From the human T2T-CHM13v2.0 reference genome, Homo sapiens: a stretch of DNA of 64,000 nt. The stretch's first letter is position 1, and each line of letters opens with the position of its first letter. The notes under the pieces were generated by a model. It was not told where the DNA came from. It searched no databases and was given only the letters and a program-made list of their open reading frames with translations. The translations under genes and the position numbers were made by a program. This document shows positions 28,733 to 41,584 of the stretch, in pieces. The stretch is from the NCBI RefSeq assembly GCF_009914755.1, contig NC_060926.1. One strand, given 5' to 3'.

Positions 28733-28890
28733 TTTTACTTCCCAATCTCTTCCACATCATGGAATGCATAGGAAAGAATACAATATTTTACTTCCCAGTC
28801 TCTTACACATCATGGAATGCAAAGAAAATAATATAGTATTTTACTTCCCGATCTCTTACACATCATGGAATGCACAGAAAAAATACAATT
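28733..28890. repeat. 53-bp tandem triplication
   Basis: Core TTTTACTTCCCNNTCTCTTNCACATCATGGAATGCA starts at 28733, 28786 and 28839. Confidence 0.93.
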
Positions 28891-29488
28891 TTTTGCACAA
28901 TGGGATAAAGTAGGTAATTGTATGGGGCTTCATGAAAAAATCATTATCTTTTGGTATATATTTAATTATGATAAAAATAATTTTAAAGGTATTGGGGAGG
29001 TATTAAAGGTGGAATTGATATAAAATATCAAAACAAAGTCTTTTTTAAAAACTTAATGAGAAACTTGGGCTTGCATTTATGTACATACTTTTTTATGTCA
29101 GTCTGTTTGCTCAAACTAGCTACAATTACTGAACAAGACTTTTAGATTACTCTTTAGGTGAGGGAGTGAAATTGCCAACAAGCTCCGTGGGCAACTGGGA
29201 AGACAATGGGCCTTCACAGCAGGCACACACATGCCAGTCTCAGAAGGATCTAGGCGAGCTCAATAATGGTTAGGTGTTAGTATCTGGGTGTTAAGAAATC
29301 TGCACATTTGGAATTTTCTGAAGATAATATGTTAGAGATTTGGAACTCAGACTCCGGTGTGGAATTGCGTCGTTGCTTTAGCCTTGTGGCTTTAGGTTAA
29401 AATCTAAGTTCACGAACAGTGTTGGAACATTAAAGAGAATGTAAAATTCAACATACTTCAAGTTCAACTTACTAGATACAAAGACTCA

Positions 29489-29707
<219 letters not shown>

Positions 29708-29801
29708 TTAAAAAAGAAAATGAGTATATTAAATTTTTAAAGCCAGTTTAGAATGTTGGAAGATGTTTCCTTTATTAAATTTGTGATTAAAATCAAATGT
29801 T

Positions 29802-29945
29802 GGCCAGGTGCACTGGCTCAAGCCTGTAATCCCAGAACTTTGAGAGGCTGAGGCAGGAGGATAGCTTCAGCCCAGGAGTTTGAGACCTGCTTGGGCCACA
29901 TAGTGAAGACCCCCATCTCTAAAAAAAAATTTTTTTAATTAGCTG
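29802..29945 (+). mobile_element. Alu left monomer (FLAM/AluJ-like)
   Basis: GGCCAGGTGCACTGGCTCAAGCCTGTAATCCCAG...CCCCATCTCTAAAAAAAAA. Confidence 0.88.
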
Positions 29946-30640
29946 GAAGCAGGAGAGAAGTGGGTGTGGCCCTAAAAGGGCAGCATGAGGGATCCCTGTG
30001 GGGAAGGAGCTGTTATGCATCTTTTCCTACTTTTACATTTTTTTAAGAGATGGGGTCTTGCTGGGTTGCCCAGGCTGGAGTGCAGTGGCCATTCACAGGC
30101 GCGATCCCATAACTGATCAGCACAGGAGTTTTGACCTTTTCCATCTCTGACCTGGGCCAGTTCACCCCTCCTTAGGCAATCCAGTGCTTCCCTGCTCCCA
30201 GGAGGTCACCATATTGATGCCCAACTTAGTGTGGATACCCAATTGGCACAGCACACTACAGCCCAGAATTCCTGGACTCAAATGATCCTCCTGCCTCTGC
30301 CTCATGAGTGGCTGGGACTGCAGGCACCTGCCACAATGCCCAGCAGATGCTTGGCCTCTTGAGTGTGGTAGTGGATACAAAATCTATTCTGTGTGGGTGA
30401 TAAAGCTGTACAGAACTAAATACACATGCACACACACACACACAAATGGATACAAGTAACACTGAGGAAACCTGAAAATTGGTGGAGTGTATCAGCATCA
30501 ATGTCCTTGTTGTGATATTGTACTATGGTTTTGCAACCTGTTATTATGGAGGGGAACAGGGCAAAGGGCACACAGGATCTCTCTGTATTATTTCTTACAA
30601 CTGCCTGTGAATCTATAATGATCTCAAAATAAACAGTTTC
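29945..30640 (+). mobile_element. L1MC/L1MD-type 3' end, interrupted by the 7SL copy
   Basis: GTGGGTGTGGCCCTAAAAGGGCAGCATGAGGGATCC... resumes at GAGTGTGGTAGTGGATAC...GATCTCTCTGTATTATTTCTTACAACTGC...CTCAAAATAAA. Confidence 0.75.
30046..30344 (-). pseudogene. Full-length 7SL (SRP RNA) retropseudogene (RN7SL-family P copy)
   Basis: The reverse strand has the Alu-domain ends plus the S domain that Alus lack (CATCAATATGGTGACCTCC, GCCTAAGGAGGGGTGAAC, GGTCAAAACTCC, GATCGCGCCTGTGAA). T-rich tail at 30022-30045. Confidence 0.93.
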
Positions 30641-31224
30641 ATTTTTGGTTTTTTGTTGTTTTTTTTTTTCTTAAAGTGCTTTGGATCAGGAGGCAGGGAC
30701 CTGGGATCTGGCCATGTTGTTCCAAGTCAGTCACTGTGTGACCTTGGGCAGTTCACTTCTCTTCGCTGCTTCTGTTTTCCTTAACTGGAAGATAAAAGTT
30801 TAAATTTCCTAAAGGTGTCCCCCAGTGTGGACAGCCCGGAGTCAAGGCTGTGGTGTTGCTGTGACCTGAGGCCTCAGGTCTAAGAGGCTGCTCCTCAGCT
30901 GCATACAGTGGGCAGGCCTCTATAGCATGCCCTGTCCCCTGGGGGACCGCAGTGGCAGGCACAGCACAGGACGTTAGGTACTAGGACCAGGAGTCCTGGC
31001 CTGAGGGGTCACTGGCTGCCGCAGGCTTGGCCAAACTGGCCTTAGGCCAGATGCTCCGTGTTATGACCTGCACCTGCTCTCTGTGGGAGGCAGAAAACAG
31101 AGCTGGGGCATATATGAGCTGGGGCACATATGTGCTGGGGCACATATGAGCCACCTGGGAGCTACAGAGAGAAGAGCAAGGAGGAGGATGTCGCGCCAGG
31201 CTGAGGTCAAAAACTGCGTGCCTG

Positions 31225-31640
31225 AGTCAGCCAGCGTCCAGTCTGGAAAACAGAAACCATGCTGGGTATTTCACAAAGAGGGGATTTAATTCAGGGGCCT
31301 GATTACAAATAGTTTCCAGGGCACAAGGAGTACAAAAGGAGATGAGAGATAACCCAGAGAATTAATAACCACAGGAAGTGAGCGCACCCCTTAGGGCTGG
31401 AGGATCACAAGACAAGAGGTCCTGGTGTCTGAGCAGAGGAGTGCGCTGCTGCCGACAGCACCGACCCGCGGGGGTGGGGGTGGGGGAGCACTAAACTCCT
31501 GCAGTCAGTGCCCCACCAGAAGTAGAGTGAACAATGGTTTCTTTCCTCTACCCACCTTCCTACAGCCTGCCAGAGCCCACCACTGGCCAAATGTAACTAA
31601 ACCCCAGCAGCAAGGCGCCTGGGAAATGAAAAAGCAAGGC
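31225..31640. mobile_element. Old MaLR (MLT1-like) LTR
   Basis: GTCCAGTCTGGAAAACAGAAACCATGCTGGGTATTTCACAAAGAGGGGATTTAAT...CCCCACTGGCCAAA...GCCTGGGAAATG. Confidence 0.55.
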
Positions 31641-32874
31641 CACCAAGTTGCTCTTTGAGAAGTCTGACTCCAAATACACCACAGCCTGTTTACCAGGACC
31701 TGTGAGCACGGACACGTGGACGCAAACACTTGCTATTTACTTCCTTCTTGATGTATATTTTTTGGACAACATTCACATTCTTATTTTATTTGACTTTAGG
31801 GAGTTATTGGTTTTTCTTTTTTAAAAAAAATTCCTTATAGAAATAATAAATAATAGAATTTACAAAAATATTTTAGAAAATTCCATGACTCATAAAGCAA
31901 AAGTAGAAATCACTGGGAATGCTCTGCTGCCCCCATGATGGTCAATGTGAATATTTTGGTGCTGGTGTGGCGTGTCCTTCCTGGCTGTATCTGTAAATGT
32001 GTTGGGTTAAAATGGGGTCTTGGCTTCTCCATGGAAAGCAGGACATGCCAAAGGATCCCCATGACAAAGGTCCAGCCACATAGGACTTTCCAGGGGGCAT
32101 TCTGCCACTTTTATTAGTGCATTGCCCATGCTGATGACAGAGAGGAAGGCAGGAGGGTACCCCAAGCCAAATACAGGGAGTGTCAAGAGAGTGCTCTGAG
32201 AACTTGGCTGGGTCCCTGGAGGTGGGGTGGGGAGCACCAGGACCCAGTACCAGATGTGTGCCTGGAAAAACCTAAGAGCGAGGCCTGCAGCAGCTGCTGC
32301 CTCTACAACAGGGGGAAGAGGGAGTGAAGGCAGAAGCACGTGGCCTTCCCTGGGCAGCAGGGTCAGCTGCACTAACTGGCTTCTCTAAGGGGCCTAGATG
32401 GCTTGGACAGACAAGGCGAGTCCCCCACCAGGGGAATCCCAGGTGAGTTGGCAGCCAACAGGCCAGAGCTGAGAGCTAACAGCCAGCAAAGGAAGGGCGC
32501 CATCAAGGAACCACAGGTGCGGCCCCTAGCACAAAAGCACCACGGCACGAGAGAGGGCGCCTCAGGGCACAGCCTGGCAGAGAGAACTTCAGAGAGCCCC
32601 AGCGACCTAGGGTTCAGCCTTTGCTCTGCCCACTGGCCCTGGGCAGAGAAGGGGTGGAGAGAGGGGGTGGGGCCAAAAGCACAGTTGCTAAATAGGAGAA
32701 AAGGTAAAGTGAGGAAGAGAGAAAAGCCCCCACACAGAAGCTGCCCCTTCTACTGAAGGTTTTCAAGCCTGGGCTGGGGAGGTGGGTGTTTGGATTGGAT
32801 AAAAGATTGCAGCTTTGGTTTCAGACTGGGCTGGATTTTCTAATCTTGAAAAACAAAACCATTCCTGGATACCC

Positions 32875-33130
32875 GAGACCCATGTGTGGCAACTGAGCCC
32901 TCAAAACAAGACTGGTCCAAATAGCAATGTGCTGTGAGTGTAAAATACACATCGAACTTCAAAGAACTGGAACAGAAAGAACGTAAAATATCTCAAAAAT
33001 TGTTCTATTAATGTATATGTTTAAGTGATAATGTTTTAGAGATCTTGGGGCTAAACATAATACATTATTAAAGTTAATTCTACCTGTTCCATTTCACTTT
33101 TTCTAATGTGGCCACTAGAGCATGGAAGCT
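32875..33130. mobile_element. hAT-Charlie MITE (MER3/MER33-like)
   Basis: ATGTGCTGTGAGTGTAAAATACAC...TATTAAAGTTAATT...TTTTTCTAATGTGGCCACTAGA. Confidence 0.7.
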
Positions 33131-36100
33131 TAGGCATGCAGCCGCTGGGCTCTGATCATCTTTCTCTTGGACGCACAGCACAAGAACACAGCTGAGGTTT
33201 CTTCTGGGGCTGGGAGGAGGGCTCTCCTTGGCATTCAAAGGGGTGAGGGGAGAAGGTTGAAAGTTACTTTTCTGTTTTCCCTTCCAACAGACTATGCAGT
33301 GCCTCGGTGGCACAGGACATCGGCAGCAGCCGCACGGGAATTTCCCACCGCCCCTTTACTTCACTCCAGGGTAGTTCCTGTTCTGGTTACTTACTTCCAG
33401 GGCAGTTCCTGTTCTGGATGAAAGCACAGCAGGGGATCTGTTCATTCTTGGGTGATAAAAACTGGATCCAGTGTTGAGTCCCCTTCTCTCCTCACCCCCT
33501 AAACCCCCTCCAGCCTGCTGCAGCCAGGGCGGGGCGGCACAGTGGGCTGCCTAACTCTTCTTCACACCCCTTCTCCTCAAAGCCATTTCCAGCCCTTCCA
33601 GTATGGAGACGGGAAAGGGAGAAAGGAAAGCAGCAGGAGCGCTTTCACCCACTGATGCCTGTGATGGGATCTGGCCCTGGCAGAGGTGCTTTCCTGACTC
33701 CTTCGGAGATTTCCCCCACCACCCCCCACTCCAGGTGCTGCACGGCGCACCTTTGGCTACAGACCCTAAGGAGGAGAAGGCCGCTCTGTTCAGATTGGCC
33801 ACTCCCTCCTTCCTCGGCCCCTGGGCAGCCAGCCTCACCTCCAGCCCCTGGGGTGGTCTCTTCCCACAGGAGCTGCCACCACCTTGGGCCGCCTCACTCT
33901 CTCACCTGGCCTCTGGTCAATGGGAACGCTTTGGCTCTTCTTTCCCATGACCCACTTGGGCTCCAGCATAAGAGCAGGCTGCCAGCCTGACTTCACCCTC
34001 TGGATCATCCAAGCCTGGGTCTGAGGCCAGTCTCTATGTCCCTCATGCTGCGGGGGTCCCAGGTTAAACTCTCCCAGCAGGCTCCTTAAAGCCCTTACTT
34101 CGGATGGACTAGACCAGTTACACCCCTCTTCTACCCCCAGGATGGCTCCTGCCCCCACGAAGCTCTTTCTGAGGCCCACCTCTCAGCCTTTCCTCCCTCG
34201 ATGAAAGGGAGCTTTGAGGGATCATGCAAAGCATTTTCCCAGCCCCTCCGTGGAGATTCTGCAGGTGGTTGCCCCAGGAGAAAAACACAATCTCAAAGCG
34301 CTCTCAGGATATTTGCTAGGAAAGGAGATGCTAATGGTGAGGAAAGCCAGAAGCACTGTGGGATTGGGGTTCCCAGGACAGCCGCCAGCCCAGTCCTGGC
34401 AAAAAGCTTCCTTATAAGGGTATCCTACTGCAGCGCTGCCTCGCAGCCACCTCTAAAGGCCCTTTCTGGGCCTCATCAGCCAGCAAGCGTGTCACATGCC
34501 TGATGTCACAGGGCTGTGGCTGTGGTCATGCACATGGAGACAGCTCCGCTCTCAGCAGGCGCTCTTGTCTCTGTCACAGAACATTTTCATTCTGGCACAG
34601 CTGTGCACCTGCTCAGTAATGTCTCCTGTGCCCTCAGAGGGTCAAGTTGAGAACCCGCTCCTCAGCTTCCAGTTAGTTGTATCTGGCCCTCCTCCTTGGT
34701 CGCTGTAGAGGTCTGCTCCTCCCTGAAATGCGGAGCCTCTTGTCTCTGTCTGTCTACACCAAACTCTCCGTGTAAGCATCTACTGCACACAGGCAAAGCA
34801 AAAGGGGTCCCTCCCTTTCATGTGTATATGTGTATAGAGTGTAATTGAACATCTTTCCATCTTATTGTAGGTACACATTGTAGTGTGTCCCCATGACAAA
34901 TCCCAGAATCCCTACAAGGCAGGTGTAATGAAACCCCCGCTCAGCTTGGCTTAAGGCCACCCGTTTCTGTTACAGTCACTTAAAGAGCAGTGAGGGGAGC
35001 AGGCTCTGGCCAGCAGCCCTTGACAAGCTCTGGATGCCCTGCTCTCCATGGGCCCAGCCTGTGCACTGACCCTGTCTCTGAGTCACCATGGCCCAGGGAG
35101 GGTTAGAATAAAGTAGAGAATTATTAAATAAACCAAACCCAAAATAATAATATTTCATGTAAGTTTGCACATAGTTTACAAATTCTAGGTGTTTCATCAA
35201 GTTTAAAAGAAATTAGCCCTAATGGAGTAAATATTCACCTTTTTTGCTTCTAATTTAAAATATGTCATCAGCTGAGCTTTGTGATTTTTACTTAAAATGT
35301 CCTAAATTTATAAGCAGTATAGAAGACTTGAGAGAACTCAAAATACACCATATTTCTAGATTTAATCTATTGGATTCATAAGTTGTTTAAATATTCAGGA
35401 ATATTTTAAATAATTCTAATAATTAGAATACTTACAGGAAAAACAGAAACTATTACATTTATAAATACAATTCTAAAGGTTTAAGGGAATTTAATCCTTA
35501 AGAAATTATTAAGAAATAAAGTTGTCCTTAAAATGATTGCCAAAAATGTTAGACAAAATATGTACAATTTTCAAAATATACACGTACAATTTTACAATTT
35601 GCTGGCTGAAATTAAATGCCTGAGTAAAAACTGGGTTTTTGAATGTGTGGGTTTAATGAGTGAGATATTAACTCTATAAAGCAGAGTAACCTCTGGTTAA
35701 CCTTTCCTGTAACAAAAACTTTCTTCAAGGACAACAAAAGGTGCCATGAAGGAGGCCTCCTTTCCAGGGCCGGTCAGAGGAAGCCAGAGTGACCCTAAAG
35801 CCCACAGCACTGTGGGCAAAGAAGTGGAATAAAGAATAAAAAGAATAACCATAACTTAAAGAGGGCAAGTCTAGTCAAGGTAACACCTGCCTACCCAAGG
35901 GGTCACAATCTTTATATATTGCTCCAAAGTTTCATTATCTGGGCAATAATTTCAAAATTCATCACGTATCCCATTATTATATAAATCTACTCTTCAATTC
36001 TTTGTAAGGTTGAACCCTGCTCAGCGCAGGGACGTTTTGCTGTGGGGCTGTGCAGCCTCAGCAGCTGGGCCCTTGCTGGCCAGTCCCTTCCATGGCCCTG

Positions 36101-36259
36101 CAAGGCGACCTGGCAGTGTGTTCACATAATTATGTGTTGTGTAAATTTCACAGACTGTGAGTATATCAATAACAAGTTTAAAAATGGAATTGCTGAGACC
36201 CAGAGGCAACTGAGCTGGTTTGGGGCAGAATCAAACACTGTAGTTAAGACCCTGGACTC

Positions 36260-36503
36260 TGGGCGGGGCACCATGGCTCACACCTGTAATCTGAGCACTT
36301 TGGGAAGCAGAAGCAGGAGGATCACGAGCTCAGGAGTTTGAGACCAGACAGGGCAACAACTGGCAAAACCCCATTTCTACAAAAAAAATGCAAAAAACAT
36401 TAGCCGGCTATGGGAGGTCGAGGCTGCACTGAGCCATGATCGCCACTGCACTGCAGCCTCAGCGGCATAGTGAGACCCTGCCTCAAAAACAAAAACAAAA
36501 AAA
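36260..36503 (+). mobile_element. Alu with an internal deletion in the right arm, inserted in a MIR
   Basis: TTAGCCGGCTA joins directly to TGGGAGGTCGAGGCTGCA, so the CCTGTAGTCCCAGCTACT block is missing. MIR-like text follows (GGCAAGTTTTTCCATCTCTCTGTACCTC). Confidence 0.85.
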
Positions 36504-37701
36504 GACGGTGAACTCTGGAGCCCAAAAGTGCAAATCCCTCCTCTGCCATTTTCTAACCGTTGTGATTCTAGGCAAGTTTTTCCATCTCTCTGTACCTCTG
36601 GTTCCTTATCCTTACAGTGGGCATGCCAGCATGACTGCCCTGGTAGAGCTGATAGGAGCTCATCTACAGCAAGACTTGGCCCAGGGACTGCTGTACAAAG
36701 ACCTGAGAGCTCTGAGTGCTGCTGCCGCCACTTCCCAGTGGAAATCGGGGGTGTGGGCTCTCTCCTTGGGTCTTAGTCAACTCACGCTGCCGTAACCAAA
36801 TACCACAGGCTGGGTGGCTGAAACAACAGACATTTATGTCTCCCAGGTCTGGGGGCTGGAAGCCCGGAGGCTGGGTGGGAAGGCGGCTGGGGCAGCTTAT
36901 GCAGAGAGAGGAGAGACAGGAGGCCCTCCCAGGGGTAACGAATGCTGAGGCCGTCGTTTAGTAGCCACTCATATGGGGTGGGCTCAGGACAGGAAAGCCT
37001 CCCTTAACCCCTCAACCACCCCACGGGGAAGTACCACCAGGATGCCTGCTTCACCCATGAGCATGAAAGAACTTGCCACAGTCTCCAGATGGTAGAGGGC
37101 TCTGGTGTTCATGCCATGTGATCCAGCACCCAGTAGGCCTCATGGAGCTCACTGAGGGCCCATTCCTCAGGCCCTGTTAAACACCACTCCCTCCGCCTCG
37201 AGGAGGCCATTAAAACAGTTTTCCTTTCTAATGCTGCTGGAGCCTGCAGAGCTGCAGGAGTGGGGGCCTCGCCTTTCCCTCCTCTCCACTCCATCAGTCC
37301 TGCCTTGGGTTCCCTGGGCTCTAGGCCTGGCAGTCTGCTGTGAACAGAGGTCTAGAGGTCCCTGGTGACCAGCAGTCCAGCCCAGCGCAGGCTGGCAGTG
37401 ACCTGCCCTACTCCAGCTGCAGAGCGATGAAAGCCCAGATTACATTCCAGGGTCTCTCACTAGGCCATAAAGCCTACAGCCCATTGGCAGCCCTGCCCCT
37501 CACACACTGCCGCCTGTGTGCCTCCAGCTCCAGCACTTGGAGCTGTGACGGCGAGAGGCCTTCTGTGCCTTGGGCTCTGCAGTGGGCAGATGACGGGACG
37601 CGGTCATCTGTGACTTTCTCTAAGACCTCGGGCTTGACTCCATGCTGCCATCATTCATTATTAGCTCCATCCTCTTCTTTGCCTCCAGTCTATAGAGAGA
37701 G

Positions 37702-37992
37702 ATTTTTTTTTTTTTTTTGAGACAGAGTCTTTCTCTGACGCCCAAGCTGGAGTGCAGTGGCGCAATCTCGGCTCACTGCAAGCTCCGCCTCCCGGGTTCA
37801 CGCCATTCTCTCGCCTCAGCCTCCTGAGTAGCTGGGACTACAGGCACCCGCCGCCACGCCTGGCTAATTTTTTGTATTTTTAGTAGAGACGGGGTTTCAC
37901 CATGTTAGCCAGGATGGTCTCGATCTCCTGACCTCGTGATCCACCCGCCTCGGCCTCCCAAAGTGCTGGGATTACAGGCGTGAGCCACTGCC
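37702..37992 (-). mobile_element. AluY-like element, antisense
   Basis: Diagnostic text CTGCAAGCTCCGCCTCCCGGGTTCACGCCATTCTC, TTAGCCAGGATGGTCTCGATCTCC and GACCTCGTGATCC. Confidence 0.95.
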
Positions 37993-38936
37993 AAAATTTT
38001 TAAAGGCCCAGAGGCGGGTCATGCAGAGGGGCTGGCATCGGTAGTCAAGAGCTGCTTTGTGCCAGGCACCAGGCACCTCCTTCTCAACTCTTGTGATCCC
38101 AATTTACAGATGAGGGGACTGAGGCTCAGAGAAGCAGTAACAGCCCAGCCTGCCACTGAGGCAACTGCTCAAAGCATTGGATACACGGGATGGTGGCCAG
38201 AGGGAAGAGCAGGCTCTGCATTGAAGAAGGAACCTGGGTTCAAATCAGGCTCCACTATTTCTTTGCTGTGTGGGCTTAGGAAAGTCACTTAGCCTCTCTG
38301 AGCATCACTTCCTTTGTTTATAAGGAAGGTTGTAAGGTTTAGAGATCACGAGTAAAAAGCCTTTGGCAGTTAATACATGTTCAATAAGTGGCCATGCCCA
38401 TCCTGTAATCCTCAGAAGGGCAGGTGGGGCTTAGAGGACAGAAGTGGCCTTCAGATGACTCTATCCACCAACCAGAAGCCTGACAAAGAGCTCCTTGTAC
38501 TAGCAACCTTGCGTGTAAGTCATTGGTTGCAAGGAAGAGCCCCCAAGCCCCAACAAGCTCACAGGTAAGTTATCATTGGCCATGAGATAGGCTGCCATCC
38601 TTTAGAGGGGCTCCCTACCTTCAGGTGCAGTGGCTCATGGTGGCCCAGGTCACGGGTACCAGCACCTTGTTCTCTTGGTCATCAGTCAGCACTTAGATGG
38701 GTCTTCAGGTCACCAGAGACAACAACAGAGGGAATGCTCCCCTCTTCTAAAGCTTCCTCATATCTGTCTCCCCAGTGGGGGTCAGACTCTGACCTCCCCT
38801 GCTGCCAGAGTGGCCCAGGACTCACCTCAGCCCTGCTGGTCTCCAGTCCTGCAGACCAGGTGGGATATCCCTCCTGAGAGGCCCACACTCTGGCTCCAGG
38901 ACTGGCCAGCCCCTCCATAGACTCCTCCTCCTGTTA

Positions 38937-39290
<354 letters not shown>

Positions 39291-39712
39291 GAATGCACAC
39301 GAGATATCATCACATCTGCACAGAGAAATGCACAAACACAGAAGAAACCCACATCTGCTCTGTGCTCCTCAGCACCGTGGAGCTGGGGCCACTGATACAC
39401 ACAGGATCACACAGTATGAGCACAGGACCAGGCTACTTCTGAGTGGCAGGAATAGAATCCCAACCCAGAGAGGCCTAAACAATGAGGAACTGAGTGCCAC
39501 ATCCCACAAATGGAAAGGCTGGAGGCACGGCACCCCCAGACTGAGTAATTCAGCAGCTCCACCCTAGTCAGGGCCCGAGTCAGCCTCTCTGTTATTTCTG
39601 TGGCTTTTCACTCATCTTCTCACAGAGGCTGTGGCAGCTCCAAGCATCATATCTTTACACAATAAGGCCTAAGGACATAAAAAAGCCACATCCCAGAAGC
39701 AGCCCTCTGTGG

Positions 39713-40179
39713 TGTAAAGCCTAAAACTAATATTATTAATGACATTATGCACTGCCTTGACATCTGGTGAAACCGGGAGGGCCTCGAATGGCCTAACCAC
39801 AAGTTCCCCTCTGCACACCTCTACCCTCCTTCTCAAGGGGGCCGGTCACAGTTCCTGCTTGTCCCTGCATTTCCATTCCCTATCAGCCCACAGAATTATT
39901 CAAACAAGCCAATCACACCATCAGATAGAAACTAGGGCCACCGCATCCTCTTAGTACTGCAAAGTCCGCCTCCCCCAGCCCGTGCCAGGTCCTTCTGCTC
40001 CCACCGCAGCTCCCATGGGCCCTGCGTCCTCCTCTCCCAGGCTGTGGGCATATAAGCCTCAGAAACTTTTGTCTGTGTCTTCTGTCCAGTGTGTCAACGT
40101 TGTGTGTTGGGCCATCCCCATAACCCTGGGATGAGAATCCCTCCTTCACCAGCAGGGTGAGTGGGAGTCGATGAAAACA
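39713..40179 (+). mobile_element. Solo ERV LTR (LTR47-like, ERVL class)
   Basis: TGTAAAG...TGCCTTGACATCTGGTGAAACCGGGAGGGCCTCGAATGGCCTAACC...CAAACAAGCCAATCAC...GATGAAAACA, with TG...CA termini. Confidence 0.65.
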
Positions 40180-40523
40180 CCCTGACCCACAGCAGAGCTC
40201 TCTCTCTAGGGCAGAAGCTCCCTGAGGAAGGGATGTTGTTCTATCCCGTGTGAATTCCCTGTTCACACAATAGTGCCTAGAAAAGAGCAGGTGCTTGATG
40301 CAGATAGAGTAAATGTGCCAGTGGAAACCGAGCAGATCAACTCTATCATTGGCAGGGGCTGTGTAGCATGCCCACGCCTGAGCTAACAACCGTCAGGGAG
40401 ACTGGCATCACCAGGACTGGGCTCGACCTGGGGTCCTTCTCTGGTGTGCAGGGGCGGGCAGGTCCAGGGTGCTGAGGTGCTACTTCCTCAGGCCTGGAAG
40501 AGGCCTCTGCCACCAGAACCAGT

Positions 40524-40993
40524 TGTAATAAAATTATATATATATACTGTCTTGAACCAGTTTTGAGGCCCTGGTTAGATGCCAGTTAGTTTACTTTCCT
40601 GAGCAGTTAAGTCCACATTCCAACCCCTTCCCTTAGGGGGCTGCCACTATGACCATCTCTCCAGACCACCATGCCCCTGCCCTAACTGCCTGGTGTCAAG
40701 TTCCAGACCAACCCGGGATGGCTCCCAGCCTCCTGAGCCTGCAATATTGTGTCAATGAATCAATTCCCAGGGGGCCCATGAAGCCCACCTAAGCCACCCC
40801 GCTTGCCGTGTACGAGCTGCCCAGATAGTCCCAGCGTGCTGGTCTGTTGTCCCTGGGTGAGTCCCCTGTGTGGCCCTGCCTGGCAGCTGGCTCTCTTTTG
40901 GAGCTGTAAGTAACCAAAAGCTCCGCCTTTCATCTCTTCCAGAGTGTTTGTGTTGTGTCCATCATCAAAAGAACATTGAAATCTTACAAAACA
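40524..40993 (+). mobile_element. 5' LTR of an ERVL-class provirus (MER54/MER73/MER74-like)
   Basis: TGTAATAAAA...GAAATCTTACAAAACA termini, followed 2 nt later by a tRNA primer binding site. Confidence 0.7.
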
Positions 40994-40995
40994 AT

Positions 40996-41013
40996 TGGCA
41001 TTGTGAGCAGGAT
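40996..41013 (+). other. Retroviral primer binding site, tRNA-Ser type
   Basis: TGGCATTGTGAGCAGGAT versus TGGCGCTGTGAGCAGGAT, the complement of the 3' end of tRNA-Ser(CGA) as I recall it. 16 of 18 positions match. Confidence 0.7.
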
Positions 41014-41584
41014 GGCATGGCCGTGACACTGGCCCTTGGACAGCTTCGTCAGGGACTGCCCTTGGCTTGTCATTTTCTCCCAGGCCACTTCGAGAGGGTT
41101 TGGGGCAGAACTTGAGCCTACACTTCAGCCCAGTTGCCTGCTGCTGCGTCTGCCAGAGATTGCCAAGTCTCTCCCCACCCAAATGTCCTCAGCATGGGAC
41201 TAATCAAAGTGAACAGAGCTAACTGACTAAACTTCAGGACTAGACACCAGCCCAGGAGGCTCATGTTAGGGTGAGGGGAGTGATGAGAACCAGAGCAGCT
41301 CTTCTCTTCCTGGGGGGAGGCGTTCCAGTGTGTGTGGTGGAGGCCTGTCCTAGGGCTCATTACATCTACAGCGTCAGTGTTTATTATTATTTGGGGCAGA
41401 ATCCTGGCTTGTCTGTGTCTTTCGAGCAACTGCTGTGAAGGAAGGTGTTGCCAGACTCCCCCCTGGTACAGAAGTGAAACCCTGGCCTCAGTGCTGACGC
41501 TGCTCAGGTGGGGGCTGCAGCCTACGTGTCTCCTTTGTGCTGCACACCTTGCTGCTGTCACCAGCAAACTTCACACTCTCCTGA

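Noticed and set aside
28733-28890. CRISPR-like appearance (37-bp core with short spacers)
   Set aside because: Eukaryotic context, spacers are only about 16 bp and similar to each other, and there are no cas genes. It is a 53-bp tandem repeat.
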